Origin: Candidatus Parcubacteria bacterium
Lineage (GTDB): Bacteria > Patescibacteriota > Minisyncoccia > Minisyncoccales > JAGLUP01
Assembly (NCBI GenBank): GCA_023134715.1
Contig: JAGLUP010000003.1
Span: 99,014 to 163,013 of the forward strand
Reading direction: 5' to 3'
DNA length: 64,000 nucleotides
The position numbers and the translations under genes are program-made. The notes beneath the pieces are model-generated. The model saw only the letters and a program-made list of their open reading frames with translations. It was not told where the DNA came from and did not search any database. This document shows positions 19,633 through 29,165 of this stretch, piece after piece; the stretch's first letter is position 1; each line of letters starts with the position of its first letter.

Positions 19633-20602
19633 AAGAAAACTATCATACGGTTTAGCTATTAATGAAGCATTGTGTCAGATAATGGAAAAAGATATGTCTG
19701 TTTTTCTTTTAGGACAGGGCGTGAAGAGTCCTTGGTATGTAGGAGCTACTTGCAAGGATTTATTAGATAAATTTGGCGAGAACAGAGTTATTGATACTCC
19801 GATTTCAGAAAACGCAATGACTGGTACCGCGGTTGGAGCGGCTTTAATTGGAATGCGGCCAGTCGCTGTTTATCCGAGAATGGATTTTATGATTTACGCT
19901 TTTGACCCTATAATTAACGAAGCGGCAAATTGGCATTATATGTCTGGAGGAAAATCCTGCGCGCCTGTTGTTTTTTGGGGAATTATTAACAGAGGAGGAG
20001 AACAGGCGGCGCAGCATTCTCAGGCGCTGCAATCCTTATTTGCTCATATTCCTGGATTGAAAGTAGTCGCGCCCTCTACGCCTTATGACGCTAAGGGTTT
20101 GATGCTTGCGGCTATTAAAGATGATAATCCGGTAATTTATATTGACGACCGCTGGCTTTATGGAGTTGAGGGAGATGTGCCAGAGGAAATATACGCAGTT
20201 CCAATTGGAAAAGGAATTGTCAGAAAACAAGGCAAGGATGTTACTATTGTCGCGGCTTCTTATATGGCTCAGGAAGCGATTAAAGCTAATGAATTTTTAG
20301 AAAAACAGGGGATTAGCGCGGAAATAATTGACTTGCGTTCTTTAAAGCCGATTGACGAGGAACTTTTATTTGAATCAGTTAAAAAAACAGGCAAATTAGT
20401 TATTGCGGACGGCACCTGGAAAAGCTACGGTGTATCAGCTGAAATTTCCGCTTTAGTTTCAGAAAATATTTTTAAATATCTAAAAGCGCCGGTACAAAGA
20501 GTGGCGCTTCCGGATTGCCCTGCTCCAGCCAATCAAGTTTTAGAAAAAGCGTATTATCCAACCAAAGACAACATCATTGAAGCCGTAAAAAAAATAATTT
20601 AA
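19619..20602 (+). CDS. 2-oxoacid dehydrogenase E1 component, beta subunit (transketolase-like Pyr and C-terminal domains)
   Basis: RVIDTPISENAMTG.AVGAAL, classic E1-beta N-terminal pyrimidine-binding domain; C-terminal transketolase_C-like region. Confidence 0.75.
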   Translation: MSLSKRKLSYGLAINEALCQIMEKDMSVFLLGQGVKSPWYVGATCKDLLDKFGENRVIDTPISENAMTGTAVGAALIGMRPVAVYPRMDFMIYAFDPIINEAANWHYMSGGKSCAPVVFWGIINRGGEQAAQHSQALQSLFAHIPGLKVVAPSTPYDAKGLMLAAIKDDNPVIYIDDRWLYGVEGDVPEEIYAVPIGKGIVRKQGKDVTIVAASYMAQEAIKANEFLEKQGISAEIIDLRSLKPIDEELLFESVKKTGKLVIADGTWKSYGVSAEISALVSENIFKYLKAPVQRVALPDCPAPANQVLEKAYYPTKDNIIEAVKKII

Positions 20603-20611
20603 TAAAAAAAT

Positions 20612-20636
20612 CCTTATCATTTTGATAAGGTTTTTT
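20612..20636. terminator. Bidirectional intrinsic terminator between convergent genes
   Basis: Hairpin CCTTATCA-ttt-TGATAAGG flanked by an A-run (20604-20610) and a T-run (20631-20636). Confidence 0.7.
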
Positions 20637-20644
20637 AAAATTTT

Positions 20645-21538
20645 TTAAAATTCTATTGCAATCGCTGTAGCTTCTGCAAAGTCCATATAATTTAATTCTT
20701 TTGCGGCTTTTTCTGTCTTTCTTGCTTCATTAAGAATTTTTTGCAGTCCGCCATTTAGGTGCAGATAGTAAATTTTTTCTGCCAATACCAGCTCATTGCT
20801 ATTTTTCATTATTTCCCAAGGTATTATGCCGTCTGAGAAAAGAAGAAGTAGTTTGATCTCTGAGCGAGGCAAAGACATCTGTTTCCACATCTGACTTGAC
20901 GCTTCCTGACCGTTTAAAATGCCATAACCGCGGCGGCTTTTGGGATTATTTACATCCTGTTGCCGAGCTTTGCAAAGTTTGAAATAAAATCTATTCCACA
21001 TTTCTCCGCGAATTTCTTCTTTTTCTTTTTCTGTTGCTTTTTTGGAGTCAATACCTTTTTCTTTTGCAATTTTTTTTAACAGCCGGTTGACAATATTATT
21101 CATTTCTGTTTCGTGCTGATAGACCTGATTTTTGGTAATATTGATATTACCATTTTTTGTCACGCAAAGCGCAAAACAATCGCCTGCTTGAATAATGTCA
21201 ATATGCTTCTTATTAATTTTCGCTACTGCAAAACAAGCACCTGCTAATTTATCAGCCCTGTTTAATGGATTCTTGTATTCTCTCTGTTTATCAGCTACAC
21301 GGTTGTTCGCTCTAAGAAGCACTCCTTCAAGTAGTTCTTTAGAACAAGCAGAGTTAAAAATTTCTGTAATTGTTTTCACTATCGCCTCTCCATCAAAGGG
21401 TCCTATTGGATTATTAGGACCATAAGGACTGCTCACTCCGTCAAATACTCCAAAAAATGGTGGATTTACAACAAATCCATCTTCTATATGCTTTGCCGTT
21501 CCTCGGTCATAAATCGCTTCAATCCTTTTTATTTTCAT
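20645..21538 (-). CDS. PP2C-family (PPM) protein serine/threonine phosphatase
   Basis: FFGVFDGVSS (motif 1 D-G), LAGACFAVA..IQAGDCFALCV (motif 2 GD), LLLFSDGI (motif 8 DG), C-terminal D..T motif. Confidence 0.55.
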   Translation of the reverse strand: MKIKRIEAIYDRGTAKHIEDGFVVNPPFFGVFDGVSSPYGPNNPIGPFDGEAIVKTITEIFNSACSKELLEGVLLRANNRVADKQREYKNPLNRADKLAGACFAVAKINKKHIDIIQAGDCFALCVTKNGNINITKNQVYQHETEMNNIVNRLLKKIAKEKGIDSKKATEKEKEEIRGEMWNRFYFKLCKARQQDVNNPKSRRGYGILNGQEASSQMWKQMSLPRSEIKLLLLFSDGIIPWEIMKNSNELVLAEKIYYLHLNGGLQKILNEARKTEKAAKELNYMDFAEATAIAIEF

Positions 21539-21598
21539 TCACATCACCTCGTTTTTATTAAAAAATATTTTGTATTTTCAAATTAAGAAATTATATAA

Positions 21599-21910
21599 CT
21601 AACCACACCATAAAGGCGGTTTTTTGTCAGAAAGCAAAATATCAAGGAACATTCCTATGAGCGAAATTGTTCCTCCTATAGCTCCTAAAATTCCCATAAA
21701 TCCTATAATAAGAATCATAGGAATAGGAATAATTATAAAACACCGGAGCATAGTAAATAACAAAAATAATATCATTGTTGAAAAACATATCTTTCCGCCC
21801 CAAATTACTCCCATTATTCCTATTTCTTCTTTTTTCATTTTATCACCTTTTTCAGTATATTTTTTTGTTAAAGAATAAATTATAGTAGCAATTTTAAGCA
21901 CTTTTGTCAA
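21599..21910 (-). CDS. Small two-TM membrane protein, hypothetical; upstream partner of the PP2C gene on the minus strand
   Basis: 103-aa ORF with two strongly hydrophobic helices. An internal start (MKKEEIG) is also possible. The overlapping plus-strand ORF is rejected. Confidence 0.3.
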   Translation of the reverse strand: MTKVLKIATIIYSLTKKYTEKGDKMKKEEIGIMGVIWGGKICFSTMILFLLFTMLRCFIIIPIPMILIIGFMGILGAIGGTISLIGMFLDILLSDKKPPLWCG

Positions 21911-21955
21911 TTTAAAATTTGATTTTTTAGAAAATATCGTTTAAACTAAATCAAT

Positions 21956-23059
21956 ATGAAAAATAAGGTTGGATTTGTAAATTATCCATTGCAGTATCGG
22001 AATATAAAAGAAGAAATAGATGCTGCTATGCAGGATGTGCTTGCTCGGGGCGACTTGATTAACCGTTCAGATGTTGAAGATTTTGAGCAAAGCATTTCCT
22101 CTTTTGTAGGAACAAAATACGCTGTTTCTCTTAATAGCGGAACAGACGCTTTGATTTTTTCCTTAAAAGCCGCAGGTATCGGATCAGGAGATGAAGTGAT
22201 AACTGTCTCCCATACTTTTGTTGCCAGTATCGCCTCTATTATTCACTGCGGCGCTGTTCCTATTTTAGTAGATGTTGGACAAGATTTTTTAATGGCTCTG
22301 GATAAAGTAGAGCAGGCAATAACTCCTAAAACAAAAGCAATTATTCCCATTTATCTTAATGGCCGTGTTTGCGATATGGATAAAATAATCACGATTGCTG
22401 AAAAATATAATTTAGCAATAATCGAGGATGCGGCTCAAGCGTTGGGAGCTAAATTTAATAATAAAATGGCCGGAAACTTTGGTTTGACAGGATGTTTTAG
22501 CTTTTATCCGGCAAAAATTTTAGGTTGTTTTGGTGATGGAGGGATGTTAACAACAAATGATGAAAATATAGCAGAAAAAGTTTATCTTTTAAGAGACCAT
22601 GGTCAAAAAACCAGGACAGATATTCGTTGCTATGGTTTTACGAGCCGATTGGATAATCTTCAGGCAGCAGTATTAAATGTAAAATTAAAATATTTGCCAG
22701 AATGGGTTAAGAGAAGAAGAGAAATAGCCAAAATTTATGATAAAGAACTTTCTAATATTGAAGGGATAAAGCTTCCCCCTGCTCCAGATTCAGATAATGA
22801 GCATTTTGATGTTTATCAAAATTATGTTTTACGAGTTCAAAAAAGAGATGAATTATTTGAATTTTTAAAAGAGCGGGGAGTGGAAACCTTGATTAAAGAC
22901 CCGATTCCCAATCATTATCATAAAGGACTTGATATTTCTCATTTTTCTCTTCCCTATACAGAACAGCTTGCCAAAGAAGTAATTTCTCTGCCAATGTATC
23001 CGGAATTAACCAACGAGCAAGTGCAATATGTGATAGATTGTGTCTGCAAATTTTACTGA
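21956..23059 (+). CDS. DegT/DnrJ/EryC1-family PLP-dependent sugar aminotransferase
   Basis: GDEVITVSHTF, IIEDAAQALG, FSFYPAKILG.FGDGG (Lys present), RDHG motif. Confidence 0.8.
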   Translation: MKNKVGFVNYPLQYRNIKEEIDAAMQDVLARGDLINRSDVEDFEQSISSFVGTKYAVSLNSGTDALIFSLKAAGIGSGDEVITVSHTFVASIASIIHCGAVPILVDVGQDFLMALDKVEQAITPKTKAIIPIYLNGRVCDMDKIITIAEKYNLAIIEDAAQALGAKFNNKMAGNFGLTGCFSFYPAKILGCFGDGGMLTTNDENIAEKVYLLRDHGQKTRTDIRCYGFTSRLDNLQAAVLNVKLKYLPEWVKRRREIAKIYDKELSNIEGIKLPPAPDSDNEHFDVYQNYVLRVQKRDELFEFLKERGVETLIKDPIPNHYHKGLDISHFSLPYTEQLAKEVISLPMYPELTNEQVQYVIDCVCKFY

Positions 23060-23080
23060 ATCGCAAAAACTCCGAAAACT

Positions 23081-23152
23081 AAATTTTGAAATCGCTTATC
23101 CCTACCCTCGCTTCGCTCGGGCGCTCGCCCACACCTACGATTTCAAAATTTG
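23081..23152 (+). other. Structured intergenic element: 14-bp AT stem (AAATTTTGAAATCG / CGATTTCAAAATTT) enclosing a 44-nt GC-rich loop with an inner GGGC-gcuc-GCCC hairpin
   Basis: Perfect inverted repeat read directly from the sequence. The loop is about 70% GC in a genome of roughly 30% GC. A T-rich tract follows (tttgttttctgcgttttc), so it may act as a terminator or attenuator. Confidence 0.45.
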
Positions 23153-23173
23153 TTTTCTGCGTTTTCTATAACA

Positions 23174-25072
23174 ATGTTTAAAGATTTTCTTAAAATTATT
23201 CCTAAAACGTCGGAAACCAGAGCTCTGTTTTTTGTTGTGAGCGATATAGTTTTAATTTCTCTTTCGGTCTATTTGGCTTTTGTTTTAAGGTTTGACGGGA
23301 AAATTCCCAGCCAGTATCTTGTCAAACTTGATTCTTTTAGCTGTGTTGAAACAGTAATTATTTTAAGTTTAGTTTTTTATTTATTTGCTTTTTATTTTTT
23401 TAAACTTTATTTTTTTTCCTGGTCTTATGTCAGTGTTCAAGAGTTAATTTCCTTAATCAAAGCAGCTTCTTTAGGATTTTTATTTTTAATTATTTCTTTT
23501 TATATTTTTAAAAAAGAACTGATTTTTCAGAGTTTTCCCCGTTCCACTTTTTTTATTAGTTATTTTTTAATTCTTTTGTTCTGCGGAGGGCTTCGTTTTT
23601 CCAAAAGGATTTATTTGCAGTTTTTTCAAGAGCGGGCTCAAAAAGAAAAAAATCCAACTTTGATTATCGGAGCCGGTGATGCAGGGGAGCAGATTTTAAG
23701 AAGCATTTTAAGCTCTCCCTTGAGTCCTTACTCGCCCGTTGGATTTATTGATGATGATAAGCTTAAACAAGGGAGTTTAATTCACGGCATAAAGGTCTTA
23801 GGCGGGATTGAAGAGATTCCTCAAGTAGTAAGTAATTATAAAGTTGAGGAGATGATTATTGCTTTGCCTTCAGCAGGGCGCGGCTTAATTAAAAAAGCGG
23901 TTGAGATTGGAAGACAAGCTGGTTTAAAGAAAATTAAAATTATTCCTTCAATTACAGAAATTATCAATGGTCAAGTTTCTGTTAAAAATATTAGAGAAGT
24001 TCAAGTGGAGGATTTGCTTGGCAGAGAGCAGGTTTCTTTGGATACAGCATTAATTAGAAATTTTGTTCAAGATAAACGAGTTTTAGTTACCGGAGCCGCA
24101 GGTTCAATTGGTTCAGAGCTTTGCCAACAGATTGCTAAGTTTAATCCATCTCTGCTTTTAATTTTAGACCAAGATGAAACAGGAATTTTTAATATCTCTC
24201 AAAAATTAAAAAATAAATTTCCTCAATTAAATTTTGTTTGGAAAATTGGCAGTATTTGTAATAAATTAAAAATAGACAGAATTTTTGAAGAATTTAAGCC
24301 AGAGATTGTTTTTCACGCGGCAGCTTATAAGCATGTTCCGTTAATGGAAGAAGAAGCAGAAGAGGCAGTAATGAATAATATTTTTGGAACAAAGATTTTA
24401 GCGGAAAAAGCTTTAAATCAAGGGATAGAAAAGTTTATTTTTATTTCTACAGATAAAGCGATAAATCCTACGTCTGTAATGGGCGCGACAAAAAGAGCAG
24501 GAGAAATGATTTGTCAAACCTTGAATAAAAAAAGCCCTACTAATTTTATTTCTTTGCGATTTGGCAATGTTTTAAACAGCAGGGGAAGCGTAATACCAAT
24601 TTTTAGAAAGCAAATAAAAAAAGGCGGACCAGTTGAGATTACTCATCCAGAAATGAAAAGATATTTTATGATTACATCAGAGGCCTGTCTTTTGGTAATG
24701 CAGGCAGGAGCGATGGGTCAAGGGGGCGAAGTATTTGTTTTAGATATGGGAAAGCCAGTTAAGATTGTAGATTTAGCAGGGGAAATGATTCGGCTTTCCG
24801 GATTTGAGCCAGATAAAGATATTCCCGTTGTATTTACAGGAATAAGGCAGGGAGAAAAACTTTTTGAAGAAATTTTAACAGTTGAAGAGGGAACTACAGC
24901 CACACAAAATCAAAAAATTTTTATGGCAAAACTTTCTGATATTGATGAAAAAAAGCTAAATTTTAATTTAGAAAAATTAAAAATAGCCGTGGATAATTCA
25001 GACAAGCAGGAAATAAAAGCGATTCTTAAAGACCTTATTCCTTCTTATGGTCCTCATATTTTCCAAACTTAA
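23174..25072 (+). CDS. Membrane-anchored UDP-GlcNAc 4,6-dehydratase, PglF/WbpM/CapD-like
   Basis: Four N-terminal TM helices, a linker, then VLVTGAAGSIGSELCQQI Rossmann motif and the Polysacc_synt_2 catalytic region (YKHVPLME, TDKAINPTSVMGATKR). ATG at 23174 is preferred over the TTG at 23150 in the ORF track. Confidence 0.8.
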   Translation: MFKDFLKIIPKTSETRALFFVVSDIVLISLSVYLAFVLRFDGKIPSQYLVKLDSFSCVETVIILSLVFYLFAFYFFKLYFFSWSYVSVQELISLIKAASLGFLFLIISFYIFKKELIFQSFPRSTFFISYFLILLFCGGLRFSKRIYLQFFQERAQKEKNPTLIIGAGDAGEQILRSILSSPLSPYSPVGFIDDDKLKQGSLIHGIKVLGGIEEIPQVVSNYKVEEMIIALPSAGRGLIKKAVEIGRQAGLKKIKIIPSITEIINGQVSVKNIREVQVEDLLGREQVSLDTALIRNFVQDKRVLVTGAAGSIGSELCQQIAKFNPSLLLILDQDETGIFNISQKLKNKFPQLNFVWKIGSICNKLKIDRIFEEFKPEIVFHAAAYKHVPLMEEEAEEAVMNNIFGTKILAEKALNQGIEKFIFISTDKAINPTSVMGATKRAGEMICQTLNKKSPTNFISLRFGNVLNSRGSVIPIFRKQIKKGGPVEITHPEMKRYFMITSEACLLVMQAGAMGQGGEVFVLDMGKPVKIVDLAGEMIRLSGFEPDKDIPVVFTGIRQGEKLFEEILTVEEGTTATQNQKIFMAKLSDIDEKKLNFNLEKLKIAVDNSDKQEIKAILKDLIPSYGPHIFQT

Positions 25073-25118
25073 ATTATTTTGCTATACTAATAGTAATTTA
25101 TATTAATTTCAAAAAAAG

Positions 25119-26837
25119 ATGGATATAGCAAATCACACAAAAATTAATAAGCGAATAAAACGCGGGATAAATTTTTTTTTGGCTTTAGTTATATTTTTAA
25201 GTATTCCCTTTTTTGTCTCAGCTGATTCTTTGGGAGAGAAAACAAATTTTTTTATTGCTTCTCCTTATGACGCTCAAAGCAGAGATAATATAGGCGCCAC
25301 CTTGCAAGCAAAAAACAGCAAGCTCTATTTTTATATTGATGATAATTGGTGGGATAAATTTGGAACAGCCCAAGAACAGGAGATTAAAGCGGCTTTAAGC
25401 TCTCTTTCCAGTGCGTTTGAAGAAGAAATTTATCCTGTTCTGACTTCAACCTTTGGTTCAGAATGGAATCCAGGAATTGACAAAGACAGCAGAATTACGG
25501 TTTTAATTCATCCAATGCCTGAAGAGGTTGGAGGTTATGTTAGGACAGAAGACGAATATCCTGAAATTCAAGCGCCTTGTTCCAACACAAGAGAAATGCT
25601 TTATCTTAACGTTGATTATATAACCGAATCTTTAGCAAAATCTCTTTTAGCTCATGAGTTTATGCATTTAATCACTTTTAATCAAAAAGAAAGAAGATAC
25701 GAAATAGAAGAAGAAATTTGGCTGAATGAGGCCAGGAGCGAATACGCGCCGACATTGATGGGATATGATAATGTTTTTCAGGAAAGCAATCTTGAAAATA
25801 GAGTTCAGATTTTTTTAGCAAATCCTAATGACTCAATCACAGAGTGGAAAAACAAAAAAGCTGATTACGGCGCGTTAAATCTTTTTATACAATATTTAGT
25901 TGACCATTACGGCAAAGAAATTTTAAGCGATTCTTTGCATTGTCCCGAGACAGGAATTAAAAGTATAAATTACGCGCTTGAAAAAAATGGGCATAATATA
26001 GAATTTTCTCAAGTTTTTTGGGACTGGGTTCTTACCGCTTTTATTAATGATTGCGCTTTGGGCGAGAATTATTGTTATTTGAATGAAAATTTAAAAGATT
26101 TTCATATTGTTCCTTCTTTAAACTTTCTTCCCTTTACAGGGAAGAGCAGTTTGACTATTGAGGATTCTGTTAAAGATTGGTCTGGCCGTTGGTATAAAAT
26201 TATGGGAGGCAAGGGAGATTTAAAATTAGAGTTTGACGGCGCGGATGAGTCCGAATTTAAAACCTCTTATTTTGTTTGCGACCTGTTTGGTAATTGTTTT
26301 TTGAAATCTTTAATTCTTGACCAAAATCAAGATGCCAGTATTATTTTTTCTGACTTTAATAATAAATATGCTTTTTTGACTATTGTTATATCTTCTCAGA
26401 ATAAAATAGCAAAATTTAGCGAGTCAGAACCGGCTCATTCGTTTATTTTAAAAGCCACCACTATTCAAGAAGACGAAACAATCAAAAATTTGTTGCTTCA
26501 GATTGCGGCTTTAAAGCAGGAAATAGCTCGGCTTCAAGCGCAAATTCAAATAATTTTAGAAAAAAAAGTTTCCTGTAAGAAATTTGAGAATAATCTTTAT
26601 TATGGTTTGAACAATGATGAGGTTCGCAATCTTCAGGAATTTTTTAAAAAACAAGGAAGCGATATTTATCCCGAAGCCATTGTTTCCGGCTGGTTCGGGC
26701 CGTTAACCCAATCCGCTGTAATTCGCTTTCAAGAAAAATACTCTAATGAAATTCTTGAACCGCTGGGAATGAGCAGGGGCACTGGTTTTGTGGGCAGCAG
26801 CACTCGCGCAAAAATCAACCAGCTTTTAGCAAAATAA
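25119..26837 (+). CDS. Secreted zinc metallopeptidase-like protein (HEXXH) with C-terminal coiled-coil plus PG_binding_1-like domain
   Basis: N-terminal signal peptide/anchor (FFLALVIFLSIPFFVSA). LLAHEFMHL HExxH with a downstream NEARSEY candidate third ligand. C-terminal LNNDEVRNLQEFF...GWFGPLTQSAVIRFQEKY matches the peptidoglycan-binding-domain pattern. Confidence 0.55.
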   Translation: MDIANHTKINKRIKRGINFFLALVIFLSIPFFVSADSLGEKTNFFIASPYDAQSRDNIGATLQAKNSKLYFYIDDNWWDKFGTAQEQEIKAALSSLSSAFEEEIYPVLTSTFGSEWNPGIDKDSRITVLIHPMPEEVGGYVRTEDEYPEIQAPCSNTREMLYLNVDYITESLAKSLLAHEFMHLITFNQKERRYEIEEEIWLNEARSEYAPTLMGYDNVFQESNLENRVQIFLANPNDSITEWKNKKADYGALNLFIQYLVDHYGKEILSDSLHCPETGIKSINYALEKNGHNIEFSQVFWDWVLTAFINDCALGENYCYLNENLKDFHIVPSLNFLPFTGKSSLTIEDSVKDWSGRWYKIMGGKGDLKLEFDGADESEFKTSYFVCDLFGNCFLKSLILDQNQDASIIFSDFNNKYAFLTIVISSQNKIAKFSESEPAHSFILKATTIQEDETIKNLLLQIAALKQEIARLQAQIQIILEKKVSCKKFENNLYYGLNNDEVRNLQEFFKKQGSDIYPEAIVSGWFGPLTQSAVIRFQEKYSNEILEPLGMSRGTGFVGSSTRAKINQLLAK

Positions 26838-26856
26838 AATTTATCAAACAAAAAAT

Positions 26857-26885
26857 AGACAAGGCCCGTCCTCGTCTGTTTATTA
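26857..26885 (+). terminator. Weak intrinsic terminator
   Basis: AGACAAGG-cccgt-CCTCGTCT stem with one mismatch, followed by a T-rich tract (gtttattatgaggttttt). Confidence 0.35.
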
Positions 26886-26955
26886 TGAGGTTTTTCTTTT
26901 CTTTTCCACATTCATGATTATTGAAGAATTTGCCGATCAATGATAAGATAATAAA

Positions 26956-27903
26956 ATGGAAATAGAGGAAGAGGAAAAGAAAAAAGTGTTAGTTGCTGGT
27001 GGAGCCGGTTTTATCGGCTCTCATTTATGTAGAAGGTTGTTGAAAGAAGGCAATAAGGTAATTTGTCTTGATAATTTCTATACAGGAAACAAGGAAAATA
27101 TAAAAGAGCTGGCTGATAATAAAAATTTTAAACTAATAGAGCATAATATTATTGAACCAATATCATTAGAGATTGACCAGATATATAATTTAGCTTGCCC
27201 TGCTTCTCCTGTTCATTATCAAAAAGACCCGATTTTTACTATCCGTACCAACGTATGGGGCATTTGGAATATGTTAGAGTTGGCAAAAAGAAATAACGCA
27301 AGATTACTTCATACTTCAACCTCTGAAGTTTATGGCGATCCAAAAGAGCATCCTCAAAAAGAAACATATTGGGGGAATGTGAATCCAATTGGCATTAGGG
27401 CAAATTATGACGAAGGTAAGAGATGCGCTGAAACCTTAATAATGGATTATTATCGCCAAAATAAAACAGATATTAAAATCGTTAGAATTTTTAATACTTA
27501 TGGTCCTAATATGGACCCTGATGACGGCAGAGTTGTTTCTAATTTTGTCACTCAAGCGTTAAGAAATGAAGATTTGACTGTATATGGCAATGGCGAGCAA
27601 ACCCGTTCTTTTTGTTATATTGACGATATGGTTGATGGATTGTATAAGATGATGGAGAGTTCAGAAGATTTTATCGGTCCGGTTAATATGGGAAATCCTG
27701 ACGAGTTCACTATTAAGCAGTTAGCAGAAATGGTTTTAGAGATGATGCCAGAAAGTAAAAGCGAGATTATTTATAAGCCCTTGCCTCAAGACGACCCCAA
27801 ACAGCGATGTCCGGACATTACTTTAGCCAAAGAAAAACTTAATTGGCAGCCGAAAATAGAGCTTAGACAAGGGTTGATTAAGACAATAAATTATTTTAAA
27901 TGA
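26956..27903 (+). CDS. uxs: UDP-glucuronate decarboxylase (UDP-xylose synthase)
   Basis: [45 protein letters not shown] and the overall UXS/ArnA-C-terminal-like pattern; 315 aa. Confidence 0.75.
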   Translation: MEIEEEEKKKVLVAGGAGFIGSHLCRRLLKEGNKVICLDNFYTGNKENIKELADNKNFKLIEHNIIEPISLEIDQIYNLACPASPVHYQKDPIFTIRTNVWGIWNMLELAKRNNARLLHTSTSEVYGDPKEHPQKETYWGNVNPIGIRANYDEGKRCAETLIMDYYRQNKTDIKIVRIFNTYGPNMDPDDGRVVSNFVTQALRNEDLTVYGNGEQTRSFCYIDDMVDGLYKMMESSEDFIGPVNMGNPDEFTIKQLAEMVLEMMPESKSEIIYKPLPQDDPKQRCPDITLAKEKLNWQPKIELRQGLIKTINYFK

Positions 27904-29165
27904 TTACTAAAACTGTAAACAAAATAAAAAACGATAAGTTTTTAACTAACAGTTCTATTTTTTTTGTTGGAAGTTTTTTAGCCAGTTTTGGTAATTATAT
28001 TTTCCATTTTTTAATGGCGAGGATGCTCACTATTGAGAGCTATGGGGAGCTTCAATCTCTATTGGCTCTTTCTGTTATTGTGGGCATCCCTGGCGGTGTT
28101 CTTTCAACTGTTTTAGTCAAGTACGCAGCCGCTTTTAAAGCAAAAAAGCAGTTTAATAAAATTTACAGCTTATTTTCTTTTTTTACTAAAAAAGTTCTAT
28201 TTGCGTCAATAATATTTTTTATTTTTTTTATTTTTTTAAGCGGATATATTGCGAATTTTTTAAATTTAACTTCAAGTTTGCCTGTAATAATTTTAGGAAC
28301 CAGTTTTTTGGTTGTTTTTTTACAATCTATTAATAGCGGAATTCTTCAGGGTTTGCAAAAATTTAAAGATATATCAATAATTTCAGTTATTTCTGCGCTT
28401 TTTAAAATATTATTAGCAGTTTTATTAGTTAAATTAGGGTTTGAGATTAACGGAGCAATGGGCGCTATTGTTTTAGCCAGCTTAATTGCGTATCTTATCT
28501 CCTTTCTACCTATAAAATTTTTATTCAAACAACAGAAAGAAAAAATAGAAATAAAGGAAATTTTTCAATATTCTTTCCCGGTTTTTTTTGCGCTTTTATT
28601 TATGGCTTTGCTTTATAATATAGATGTTATTTTGGTTAAGCATTTTTTCTCTCCTGAAATTGCTGGGCAATATGGCGCTTTAGCAGTAATTGGCCACATT
28701 ATTTTTTTTATTGGAGGGCCTGTAGTAGCAGTAATGTTTCCTATGACAGCTACTGCTCACACTAACAATAGCAATCCTGCTCAGATATTTAAAAAAACCA
28801 TTTTTTTAGTCGGCTTAGTCGGTTTGGGAATTTTATTTTTTTATTTCTTTTTTCCAAACCTTATAATCAAAATTTTAGTAGGCGCTAAATTTTTATCTAT
28901 CAGTAAATTTTTGGGCTGGTTTAGTTTTGCTATGTTTCTCTACGCTTTTATTAATTTATTTTTACAATATTTTCTTTCTATTCACAAAACTAAATGCGTT
29001 TATTTAGCGGGTATAGGGGTATTACTGCAGATTATTTTAATTTCTGTTTGGCATAATAGTTTGTGGCAAATTATCTGGATAATGAATGTCGTGATGGGTT
29101 TAGTATTGGCTTCGCTTGTGATTTATTATTTAAAAATCAAAAAAACTTATGAGTCCAATTTTTGA
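27900..29165 (+). CDS. Wzx-like polysaccharide flippase (second MOP-family membrane protein)
   Basis: 421 aa with about 12 TM helices and no soluble domain. Confidence 0.5.
   Translation: MITKTVNKIKNDKFLTNSSIFFVGSFLASFGNYIFHFLMARMLTIESYGELQSLLALSVIVGIPGGVLSTVLVKYAAAFKAKKQFNKIYSLFSFFTKKVLFASIIFFIFFIFLSGYIANFLNLTSSLPVIILGTSFLVVFLQSINSGILQGLQKFKDISIISVISALFKILLAVLLVKLGFEINGAMGAIVLASLIAYLISFLPIKFLFKQQKEKIEIKEIFQYSFPVFFALLFMALLYNIDVILVKHFFSPEIAGQYGALAVIGHIIFFIGGPVVAVMFPMTATAHTNNSNPAQIFKKTIFLVGLVGLGILFFYFFFPNLIIKILVGAKFLSISKFLGWFSFAMFLYAFINLFLQYFLSIHKTKCVYLAGIGVLLQIILISVWHNSLWQIIWIMNVVMGLVLASLVIYYLKIKKTYESNF

Noticed and set aside
21624-21878. 84-aa plus-strand ORF rich in Ile/Pro (MSESKISRNIPMSEIVPPIAP...)
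   Set aside because: It is the antisense translation of the minus-strand membrane-protein ORF 21599..21910, with low complexity and no start context. Only one of the two can be real, and the membrane-protein frame is more plausible.
23095-23138. GC-rich 44-nt patch considered as a possible tRNA or small RNA gene
   Set aside because: No cloverleaf, no T-loop GTTC/anticodon architecture and too short. Kept only as the loop of the structured hairpin element.
23150-23173. TTG start given by the ORF track for the PglF-like gene
   Set aside because: The ATG at 23174 is preferred as the start: the 23150 start is a TTG codon that lies inside the 3' arm of the hairpin element. The choice is uncertain.
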